A stretch of DNA of 64,000 nucleotides from Okamejei kenojei (Eukaryota), in assembly GCA_035221665.1 (NCBI GenBank), contig CM069131.1, positions 163,742,001 through 163,806,000 of the forward strand. The letters run 5' to 3'. The stretch's first letter is position 1. Each line of letters begins with the position of its first letter. Position numbers and translations under genes: made by a program. Positions 38,040 to 49,083 of the stretch are shown here, one piece after another. A model generated the notes under the pieces. The model did not search any database and was not told the DNA's origin. It was given only the letters and a program-made list of their open reading frames with translations.

Positions 38040-38830
38040 CCGAGTTAGGTGTTTTTGTACTGGTTCCGGTTGGCGGCGCGACTCACGTTGCAGCGGCCCC
38101 TGTAGCCTGTCTGTCTTTTTAAAAAAATTTTGTCCAGTTAAATGTAGTTGTTGTGTTCTTTTATACTGTTTTTGGCTGTGTATATGTGGGGGGCGGGGGG
38201 AAATTTTAAAATCTCTCCCCTGCACGTGGAGCGGCCTCCAACCAGAACGACCTGGGGGCTCCAATCACGCAGAGCCTGCGGACTATTTACCATCGTGAGG
38301 CTGGCCTGCCTCGGAGCGTGGGGAGCTGTGGTGGCTCGCTGATGCGGCCCGACTCCGGAGCTCGGAGGCTCCAGGCGCAGGCCCTGGTGGACAGGAACAT
38401 CGGGAGCTCGCTGGTGCCTGGTGGGAGACCGCTTTTCGGAGCTCCCGCAACGCAACTTCTCCCGCCCGTGTCGCGGGGTTGGAACGACCTGGAGCGGGGC
38501 CTTACATCGCCCGGTACGGCTTTAACGGTCTCGGGACATTCCAACGCCCGCCGGGGGCTCCCCGTTGAGACATTAAGACCTGGAGCGGGACCGTACATCA
38601 CCCGGCGCAGCCTTAACGGCCGTGGGACTTGCCATCGCCCGCCTGGGGCTTCAAAGTCGGGAGAAAAATGGAATACAGGGGAGAGAAAAGACTTTGCCTT
38701 CCATCACAGTGAGGAGGAGATTCAATGTGATGGATGTTTGTGTGTCTTGTAGAAATTGTTTTTGTTTGTATGGCTGTAGAAACAGAGTTTCGTTTGAGCC
38801 TCATTGAGGTTCAAATGACCATGAATAAAT
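38040..38830 (+). mobile_element. GC-rich composite non-autonomous retroposon, inserted in a V-SINE head
   Basis: Family head, degenerate internal repeats, GCCTTCCATCACAGTGAGG hairpin at 38696. Confidence 0.7.
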
Positions 38831-39436
38831 ATTGTATATCGCATATTTTCTGCTCAAAACTTAGCCTTTTGTGTTGACATATTAGTTTAATATTGGTAAC
38901 ACAAGGGGATGCTGGAATCTTGAGCAAAAACAAAAGGCTGGATGAACGTAGCAGATCAGACAGTATATAAGGAAAGGACAGACCTCCACAGATGCTGCCT
39001 GTCCCCCTGATTTTCTCCAGTCTTTTGGTTATTAATTTAATATTGGCATTGCTTTTGCAAAGTAAATACCCTATATTTCTTGCTGAGATCCTTGAGAATA
39101 TTTTCCAGCATTTTTCTTTGACACCATAATTCTCATTCTCACCAATGTTGCATCACCACTATGGCACTTTTTTTTTTGTTGCCGATTCACCCAACCATTG
39201 TACTTAAAGTTCCCTTTAAAATTAAAGGGCAGTGGGAAGGCTTAGGCAGGAAGTTCCAGATCTTTGTGTCTTTTTGGTTGAGAGTAGCATATAGCAGGCG
39301 GGAAATGGCCCAAGAATCAGTCACAGGAATGTAAAACTTGGTTTTTATTCTGAAAAAGGATCCCAACCCGAAATTCACAAGTTATAGTAGTAGAATCAGA
39401 TCATTCGACCCATCAAGCCCATTCGGTACGTCATCG

Positions 39437-40208
39437 GGAGGCGCCACGCACAGCAGCCTCACCAGCAGTCTGTTCGTCTTTTCACCGTTTTTGTTATTTT
39501 TTAAGTCTGTTTAAAGTATGTTCCTGGAGGTTTCTTGGTCTTTTTATGTGGGGTAGGTGGGGAGGGGAAGGGGGAAACCATTTCCCAGTCACTTCCTGGT
39601 CGGGGTGCATCTATTCTCTGAGTCGCATCTTCCCCACCCCCCCCCCGGCCTTTCCTGCCGGAGACCGGACAAAGCTTCATCGGTGGCGCAGCACTGGAAT
39701 CCATCGCGAGGCGGGCGATGCCTTACCGGGGATCGCCATGTTGAGGCTCCAGAGTGTTGGGCCTGCCGACTTTAACACCGTGGAGCTGTGGTCGGCGGAG
39801 CTTCCAGCCGCGGACGGCGCTGACTTTAACATTCGCGGAGCCTGGGATCTTTGCTGAGGATCGCCAGTGTTGGAGCTCCGTCCAGCTCGGCCTGTGGACT
39901 TCGGGAGCTGCAGTCTCCGGTAGGAAGTGGCCGATTCAAGCCGCTAAGAGTGTTCTCCGTTCCGACGCCGGAGTTCCATCATCCCAGCGAGAGGGCCTGA
40001 AACATCGGGCCACCGTTGCCACGGGTGAACAAAGAGGAAGAGGACTTCATTGCCTTCCCTCACGGTGGGAAACGTTGATTCCGCTGTGCGGGTATGTTCA
40101 TGTTAAATTCCATCGTGTGTTTTGTTCTATTTATTTGTATAGCTGTATGGTAATTCAAATCTCACTGTACCAATTGGTGCATGTGATAATAAATGTCTCT
40201 TGAACTCT
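39437..40208 (+). mobile_element. GC-rich composite non-autonomous retroposon, inserted in a CR1 3' UTR
   Basis: Ends CTCACTGTACCAATTGGTGCATGTGATAATAAA; host CR1 resumes at 40209. Confidence 0.75.
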
Positions 40209-40848
40209 TAAGTCTACTCTGCCATTCAATCATGGCTGATCTAATCCCATTTTCCTGCCTTCTCCCCATAACCCTTGACCCAGTCTAATCAAGAATGTGT
40301 CTATCTTTGGCTTTAAAATATCCACTGACTTGGCCTCTACAGCCCTCTGTGGCAATGAGTTCCACAGATTAACTATCCTCTGAATGAAGAAGTTCCTCCT
40401 CACTTCCCTTTAATTCTGAATCTGGAATGTTACCTATCCATGTCACCCAGAGATGCTGCCTGACTCACTCCAGCACTCTATATTCTATGCCAATATTCCA
40501 GGATCTACTGTTCTTCATGTCTTCACTTGGTTTTCTTTGCTTTGTAGTCCTTGGCAATAAAATAAATATATACAAAAGGCTCCCAACTCCTATTTAAGTA
40601 TTATGAATATAACAACACCAATAATGCACATATTTAACAACTATGAATTAAACTGGGAACATATGTGGGAAGAATAATAACCTTGAGTAACCTAAATGAG
40701 TAAATAACTAAAATAAAACTGCATAAACTAATAATCTGAAATAAAAACAAGAAACTAAACATCTAGAGGAAATCAGGCAGAATATGTGAAAATAAACAGA
40801 ATCGGCCTTAATTTTAACGAAGGTGTTTTTTTTAAAGATTATACATAC

Positions 40849-40960
40849 CTGAAAGACTAACTTAGTTGCGCTTGCCACAGATACTGTGTGTTTCCAGCAA
40901 TTAAAACTGCAACTTTATTCTTTCAATGGGCGTGTCCGAATAAATGGCAGCGTCAAACTG
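40849..40960 (-). other. C18orf54: Probable non-coding first exon of C18orf54 (5' end uncertain)
   Basis: Strong donor CAG|GTATGT at 40849/40848 next to promoter motifs; the first coding exon has an acceptor, so an upstream exon is required. Confidence 0.55.
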
Positions 40961-41500
40961 TGCCAATTTGATTGGATGATTCAAATTTAAAAGAGATGTT
41001 CTTTGTGACAACAAAATACAAAGTTTGACGCTTCACGCTTCAGTCACACTCGGCCGGAGAAGTTCCTGTCGGCCCATGTACATTTAACACGATAGTGAAT
41101 GAATGCATCGATGCACTGCCCGACAGCACACAGACAGATCTACAGCCTGCGCAAGTGGGGGCGGATATAATCAGCAAATATGGCCAGGGTTTCAGTCTCA
41201 AAGTTAGTTGCTGTTTCTGTTTCTGCTCCTCAAGTCCCTGTAGCCTGACCCTGGGTGGCGGTGGTCGGTGCCTGGTGGTGTGGGGGTTCCTCGGTGTCCA
41301 GTGTCTGCGGCTCCAGGGCAGTGGTTATTGAGACTGCAGGCTCTCGCCTCTCCGGCCCGGCTCCAAACCCTTTGCTACAAACCTCCGCTCCTCACAATTG
41401 CTACAGTTGGGTCACAATGCGCTTGCGCGTCTCTTCCCCCACAGCCACATCACCCGGACCGGGCTGGGGAGTGTTTAAACTCCACCCCAGCATATTTGGT
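40920..41500 (-). promoter_or_regulatory. C18orf54 promoter, possibly bidirectional
   Basis: Non-repetitive, CpG-enriched; CCAAT 40963-40967, inverted CCAAT 40971-40975, CHR TTTGAA (minus, 40980-40985), TTTAAA 40986-40991, GC box GGGGGCGG 41157-41164. Confidence 0.6.
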
Positions 41501-41849
41501 GTAAACGAGAGAAAGAAAAGTTCACTGTGTGTCTTTCCAAGCTGGAAAGAGCCGAAACCTCACCCATTCCTTCTCTCCAGAGATGCTGCCTGACCCGCTG
41601 AGTTACTCCAGCATTTTGTGTCTGTCTTAGAATTAAGGGGATGTTGCCAGGACTTCATAGGTGATATACACACACGCACACATACAAACACATAAACAAA
41701 CTATAACAGTGACCAATATTCACCAATGTCCGAAATGCTGTATCTTACACAGAATATTTAATTGTTAAAAATGCTTTAAAAGCAGATCAGCGAATTATTT
41801 TTTTGTTTTTGTGTGTTAAATGAATAATTTAATTGAATATTTTTTTTAT

Positions 41850-42485
41850 TAGCCAAGTGTGTATACATACAAGGAATTTGCCTTGGTATTTTGCTCGCAA
41901 GGATAACACGATGCAGTCAATTAAAAATAAAACATTGTAATTTAAACATGTGAAGAATAAAACAAAATACCAGAGCAAAAGGAGGCTTCAGACTTTTGGC
42001 TGTTGAGTGGAGCTACTGCTCGAGGAAAAAAAGCTGTTTTTATGTCTGGCTGTGGTGGCTTTGACAGTCTGGAATCGCCTCCCAGAGGGAAGTGTTTGTG
42101 GCCAGGATGAGAGGGGTCAGAGATGATATTACCCGCTCGCTTCCTGGCCCTTGCAGTGTACAGTTCATCAATGGGGGGAAGGTTGCAGCCAACAAACTTC
42201 TCAGCTGATCGGACGATTCGCTGCAGCCTCTGGATGTCATGCTTGGTGGCTGAGCCAAACCAGACCATGATGGAGAAGGTGAGTACAGACTCTATGATGG
42301 CCATATAGAATTGGACCATCATTGCCTGTGGCAGATTGTGTTTTCTCAGCTGCCGCAGGAAGTATATCCTTTGTTGTGTCTTTTTGACTGTGGAATTGGT
42401 GGCCTCCTATTTTAGGTCCCAGGAGATTATGGTTCCAAGGAACTCAAATGACTCCACAGATGTGACTTTTGTGTTGTTGATGGTG
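41850..42485 (-). mobile_element. Rex1/Babar (L2-group) LINE 3' fragment
   Basis: ORF 41942..42322 FYMAIIESVLTFSIMVWFGSA...LQRIVRSAEK...IISDPSHPGH. Confidence 0.8.
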
Positions 42486-42530
42486 GAGTCACGCAGCAGG
42501 CCAAGCAGCATCTCTGGAGAGAAGGAATGA

Positions 42531-42562
42531 GTGACGTTTCGGGTCATGACCCTTCTTCAGAC
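42531..42562 (-). ncRNA. Minimal type I hammerhead ribozyme motif (best-preserved copy)
   Basis: GU-CUGAAGA-A-GGGUC-AU-GACCC-GAAAC-GUC-AC; intact core, perfect 5-bp helix II, palindromic ACGU helix III. Confidence 0.75.
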
Positions 42563-43162
42563 ACTCTGCCAGCTCTCTCAAACTTTTTCCAATTCTTGGC
42601 ACTGTTTCCCTCAGCGCAAGACTGTAAATAGGAACAGAACTGAAAAAGTTTGGGCCTTTTTAAGAATGACATTTAGAAAAAAAGTAGACCATTGCTGTCA
42701 ATGGTCTGAGCTATAAGGAGAGGTTGAGCAGGCAAGGACTCTATTCCTTGAGGGCGGTGCAGGAGGATGAGGAGTGATATTATAGAGTTGTATCAGATCA
42801 TGAGGGGAACAGGTAGGGTAGATGTACAGAGTATTTTATCCAGAGTAGGGGAATCAAGAACTAGAGGACATTGGTTTAAGGTGAGAGGGGAACAATTTAA
42901 TAAGAATTTAATAAGAACCTGAGGGGCAACATTTTCACACAGAGGATAGTGGGTATGTGGAACGAGCTGCCAGACGAGGTAGTTGAGGCAGGTACTGTCA
43001 CAACATTTACATTTGGACAGGTACATGAATAGGGTAGATTTAGAGGGATATGGACAAAACACAGGTGGGACTAGTTAGATGTGGCATCTTGGTCAGCATG
43101 GGCAAGTTGGGCCAAAGGGCCTGTTGCTATGCTGTATGACACTGATTAATCTAACTGGAGTT

Positions 43163-44825
43163 ATATAACCATATAACCATATATCAATTACAGCATGGAA
43201 ACAGGCCCTCTCGGCCCTTCCAGTCCGTGCCGACCATTTGTTTTCCCCTAGTCCCATCTACCTGCACTCAGACCATACCCCTCCATTCCCTTCACATCCA
43301 TATACCTATCCACTTTACTTTTAAATGTTAAAATCGATCCTGCCTCCACCACTTCTGCTGGAAGCTCATTCCACACAGCCACCACCCTCTGAGTAAAGAA
43401 GTTTCCCCTCACGTTACCCCTAAACTTCTGTCCCTTAATTCTCATGTCATGCCCTCTTGTTTGAATCTTCCCTACCCTCAATGGGAAAAACGTATCCACG
43501 TCAAATCTGTCAATCCCTTTCATCATTTTAAAGACCTCAATCAAGTCCCCCCTTAACCTTCTGCGCTCCAAAGAATAAAGACCTAACTTGTTCAACCTTT
43601 CTCTGTAACATAGTTGCTGGAACCCTGGCAACATTCTAGTAAATCTCCTCTGTACTCTCTCTATTTTGTTGACATCCTTCCTATAATTAGGCAACCAAAA
43701 TTGTACACCATACTCCAGAATTGGTCTTACCAATGCCTTGTACAATTTTAACATTACTTCCCTACTCCTATATTCAATGCTCTGATTTATAAAGGCCAGC
43801 ACACCAAAGGCTTTCTTTACCACCCTATCTACATGCGATTCCACCTTCAGGGAACGATGCACAGTTATTCCTAGATCCCTCTGTTCCACAGCATTCCTCA
43901 ATTCCCTACCATTTACCATGTACATCCTATTTTGATTTGTCCTGCCAAGATGTAGCACTTCACACTTAACAGCATTAAACTCCATCTGCCATCTTTCAGC
44001 CCACTTTTCCAAATGGCCCAAATCTCTCTGTAGACTTTGAAAATCTACTTCATTATCCACAACACCACCTATCTTAGTATCATCTGCATACTTACTTATC
44101 CAATTTTCCACCCCATCATCCAGATCATTGATGTACATGACAAACAACAGTGGACCCAACACAGATCCCTGAGGCACCCCACTGGTCACCGGCTTCCAAC
44201 CTGACAAACAGCCATCCACCATTACTCTCTGACATCTCCCATTCAGCCACTGTTGAATCCATCTTGATACTCCGCCATTAACACCCAAAGATTGAACCTT
44301 CTTAACCAACCTTCCATGGGGAACCTTGTCAAAGGCCTTACTGAAATCCATATAGACAACATCCACTGCTTTACCCTCATCAATTTCCCTAGTTACCGCT
44401 TCAAAAAATTCAAGGTTTGTCAAACATGACCTTCCAGGCACAAATCCATGTTGACTGTTCCTGATCAGACCCTGTTTATCCAGATGCTTATATATATTAT
44501 CTCTAAGTATCCTTTCCATTAATTTGCCCACCACTGACGTCAAACTAATAGGTCTATAATTGCTAGGTTTATTCTTTGAACCCTTTTTAAACAATGGAAC
44601 AACATGCGCAGTACGCCAATCCTCCGGCACTATTCCCGTTTCTAATGACATTTGAAATATTTCTGTCATAGCTCCTGCTATTTCTACACTAACTTCCCTC
44701 AATGTCCTAGGGAATATCCTGTCAGGACCTGGAGATTTATCCACTTTTATATTTTTCAAAAGTGTCAGTACTTCCTCCTCTTTGAATCTCATAGTTTCCA
44801 TAGCTACTCTACTTTTTTCCCTTAA
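43163..44825 (-). mobile_element. CR1 LINE, second young subfamily, 5'-truncated, 517-aa RT ORF
   Basis: ORF 43248..44801 with YADD; (GGTTATAT)n tail. Confidence 0.95.
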
Positions 44826-46579
44826 CTAAGTTGCTAAGCTGGATGGAAAAGTGGTGGCAGGTAAAATGTATACATTGCTTTTACTTAATTTTTTTTAATT
44901 AATTTCTGCCACTTAAGGGATTAATTTCTGCAACTTAATGTGTTTAAGAGAATTTGTCATTAAAAAAAAAAAAAATCTTAATGATTTATAACAAACAGTA
45001 CAAAAGCCTTTGAGAGCAGTGAATTATTTAAAGGTGACCAGGATGGTCTGGGGCATTACCTCATGATTCATCATCCTAGGCCTAGTTCTGGCTTGTGGAT
45101 GACTCTGCTTCATGGATCAGCCACGGCAGCGAAGCCTGGAGAACAATTAAACCCACGGGGCATTAGACCCACTTACCCGGCAGGGGAGAATCGGTGGTCA
45201 CGATGGCCGCTCTCCCAGGGCTTGTCCATCCCAATACACTTTGGTGTGCTGACGCCTGGGATGTCCCAAAATGCGGATTCTCTACTCCGCAAGATTTGTG
45301 GCGGTGGGGGACTGCGTTCGTGCTTAGCAAAGCGACGGCACAGTGGCGCAGCGGGGGAGTTGCTGCCTTTCAGCACCTGCAGCGCCGGAGACCTGGGTTC
45401 GATCCTGACCATGGGTGCTGACTCTAAGGAGTTTGTATGTTCTCCACGTCACCAACGTGGGTTTCCTCCCACACTCCAAAGAAATACAGATATGTAGGTA
45501 AATTGGCTTAATAAATGTAAATATTGTCCTTGAGTATGCGTAGGATAGTGTTACTATGTAGGGATCGCTGGTCAGCGCGGACTCGGTGGGCCAAAGGGCC
45601 TGTTTCTGCGCTGGATCTCTAAACTAAACTCTAAACTAAACTAAACAAAAGCTTGAATGCATGCTGGGAATAGCAGTTTGGATAGGACATGGTCTAGTTA
45701 CGGGATTATAAGAAATAGTCGCAAAATGGTGGACTATAATGCAGAAAAACATTACAGTGGGAGAGGAATGGCATGATCAATGAATTAAAAATATTCAAAA
45801 TCCTCTCCTCATTTACAACATTCATCGGAGCTTGCAGAGCTTGCAGAAGCCTTTGATCTACCCGTGCTGTTCTGTGCATTGCCCATTTCTCAAGTGGTGG
45901 CAAAGCTTTACATCTTCTTCCTGCTAAACTTGGAAATCTCCTCCTAAAATATTTTTTACGGGAAATATTTTTTAATCTGCCTCTCTTTTACACTGTTAAT
46001 AACCCATTTTGCAAAGTTGGATTGCATTCTTCAAACCCATTTTTATTTTGTTTTGATCTGTTGTGCTGCTGCAAGTAAGAATTTCATTGTTCCATTTCGG
46101 GACATATGACAATAAAACACTCTTAACAATCATGAATCTTGAATCCCACAACACCACTTTTACTTTGACAACATGAACAATCTCGCTCTGCTTTCTCATT
46201 CTTTCATCATTGGCACCTGTGTCTTACACTGCCCAGCCCCTCTTTATGGATATTTATTTTCTAACTTCCTCTGCCTTCTAATTTTCTTTCATCATTTGAG
46301 ATCCTTAAAGATTCAAATGCTGGGAGTTTTCAGCAAATTGGATAGAATCTGTGGAAAGAGAAAATAAAAATTTGGGTACAATACTGGGAATATTCGCCTA
46401 TCCAGCCCCTCCCCATCTCCGCTGCAACTTAAAACTAACGTTTGCAGTTATTTCAAAGAGCCTATGACCTGAGACATTCACTCTATTATCTGTTACAAAA
46501 TGCAGCCTGATCTGTTTAGATTTTAAGCTTATTTTTTATATTTCCAGCATTTGCAGATTTTAGTCTTGGTTCTTTTAAT

Positions 46580-47008
46580 CATAGAAACATAGAAACATAG
46601 AAAATAGGTGCAGGAGGAGGCCATTCGGCCCTTCGAGCCAGCACCGTCATTCATTGTGATCATGGCTGATCGTCCGCTATCAATAACCCTTGCCTGCCTT
46701 CTCCCTATATCCCTTGATTCCACTAGCCCCTAGAGCTCTATCCAACTCTCTCTTAAATCCATCCAGTGATTTGGCCTCCACTGCCCTCTGCGGCAGGGAA
46801 TTCCCTAAATTCACAACTCTCTGGGTAAAAAAGTTTTTTCTCACCTCAGTCTTAAATGACCTCCCCTTTATTCTAAGACTGTGGCCCCTGGTTCTGGACT
46901 CACCCAACATTGGGAACATTTTTCCTGCATCTAGCTTGTCCAGTCCTTTTATAATTTTATATGTTTCTATAAGATCCCCCCTCATCCTTCTAAACTCCAG
47001 TGAATACA
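46580..47008 (-). mobile_element. CR1 3' fragment
   Basis: ORF 46680..47009 and (TTTCTATG)n tail. Confidence 0.9.
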
Positions 47009-47876
47009 ATAATCATAGGCTCTTAATTTTAAATGTAGTGCTAGTGCTGCTACACAAATGCAAGTTGAAGTTTTTGTTTTATTTATTAAACCCACTCTAA
47101 TCTCGAGCCTTGGACAAAAAATAAACATATGATAGAAGAAAATGAGGCTACATTTACCTCAGGAATCCTGCAATATAATTGAGATAATTCAGACAGGAAG
47201 TTATTCCACCAATTAACATAATTCAATCTGATGCTGCAGATGGATACAAAATGCTGGAGTGATTCAACAGGTTACTCTGGCAGCATCTCTGGAGAGAATG
47301 AATACATGATGTTTCGCGTCGAGACCCTTCTTCAGACTGATCATCAGAATCTGATGCTAGATTGATGACTCTCTGGATCTTGAGCTACCTCCAAGACCTT
47401 GCCTGAGTCGTTAAAAAAAAACAGGAAAATCGCAAATATCGGATGGCTGAAGTGAAAACAGTAACTCCAAGAAATACACAATAAACCAGGCAGCATTTGT
47501 GAAGAGAGACCAATGTTAATATTACATATTATCAGAGTAAAATAATTCAAATAAAATGTTATTTTCACCACAGTTATTGCCAAACCTACTGAGTATTTCC
47601 ACTATTTTCAGTTTTTGTTACGGAATGTTAACCATATAATATAACCATATAACAATTACAGCACGGAAACAGGCCCTCTCGGCCCTTCCAGTCCGTGCCG
47701 ACCATTTGTTTTCCCCTAGTCCCTAGAATGTTCATACTAATGAGTTAAAATGCAGTACTTGAATCAAACTTGAATGTTCCATTCTTTTGTTCAGTTCAAT
47801 AAATATTTTTTGCTTCAAGGAGCAATGTTGGTTGCTGCATAGTTCTTGGCTTCTTTAAATGACACCATCCTATTAT

Positions 47877-48107
47877 TGTGCCAGCATTGATAGAAAAGAG
47901 GCCTATTCCAAGATGATGATGTTTAACCAAACAAAGAGCAGAGGAATCAATCCGAGCAATCAGGTACACACTGCCATCCGTGACCATCAATGTTTTTCTC
48001 AAGAAACTGTAAAAGAGTTGTATGGATCAAGAAACCTGTTCCTTGGAATTTTGTATGCTCTGTTACAAGCGTTACCTCAAACTAGACTCCTGATGAAGAA
48101 TAACTAA
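47877..48107 (+). pseudogene. STARD6: STARD6-like last-exon remnant
   Basis: AYSKMMMFNQTKSRG versus human STARD6 [15 protein letters not shown] as recalled (10/15 identical, ungapped); possible acceptor AG at 47892-47893; lies between POLI and C18orf54 and antisense to both, as in mammals. Confidence 0.5.
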
Positions 48108-48627
48108 GCTGATGAAATACTCTGAATTCCAAAGGTAATTAAATACAATGCCCAAGTAGCATTCTAACATTAGACTCAAAATTATTTAATCCTGATTCAG
48201 TGAATACCACAAATGACATTTCAAGGGCCTCAACAGTTTCGGGACTATATCGGAAATAGATTATTTGATCTGTCATACTTATTCTACTCTCAATCTTGTT
48301 TCATCCAGGTCCGATGTAGTGTTAATAAAACTGCATTAACTGGATTTGAGAAGAGTGGTGTCCAGGAGTGCAGGCGGATTTTGTTTTTAATCACTTGTCA
48401 CACAAGAGGCTTTTAATATTGAATTCATCTTTAATTCTGTAGTTATAACGTAAAAGCATTTGACATTACGGAATTCTCATTGGCAGTATGAATATATTAG
48501 CAAATATAACAGTCAGAGTCAGACAAAAGTGTTTTCATATTGCTGTCTTGAAATGTCCGTGTATTTTTACAATTAAGGTTAACAGCAAGGTGCTATCTTC
48601 ACTCTCGCATGTTCAAATTATGGAAAT

Positions 48628-48915
48628 AAGGAACTGCAGATGCTGGAATCATGAGCAAAATACACAAAGTGCTGGAGTAACTCAACAGGTTAAGTAGCAT
48701 CTCTGGAAAACATAGATAGGTGATGTTTTGGGTCGGGACCCTTCTTCAGACATTGTAGTGGGGTAGGGGCAGGAGAGAAAGCTGTGAAAGAGAGATGGGA
48801 GTTGGACAAAGCCTGACAAATTATAGGTGGATACGGGTGAAGGGGGTTTGACTGGCAGATGAGCGGAGTAAGTGACAAAGGTGAGAGGTGAAAAGGAGAC
48901 AAGAGGCTGTCAGAT
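48628..48915 (-). mobile_element. Penelope-derived 3' UTR/terminal-repeat fragment, degenerate hammerhead
   Basis: GTGATGTTTTGGGTCGGGACCCTTCTTCAGAC at ~48720-48751 plus family flanks. Confidence 0.7.
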
Positions 48916-49083
48916 AAGGAGACAGCCTCTTGATGTTAGGAAAGAGGCTATAGAAACGCAGGACACTTCCTTAGTGAACACCATGCTGTGCCTATGGAGT
49001 TCCTCCTCCGTTATCGAAAGAGCAGATACCCTTTCCAAGAAATGTCTGGGAATTAACTGTTTCCCTCCAGGCAGTTTCTGTGA

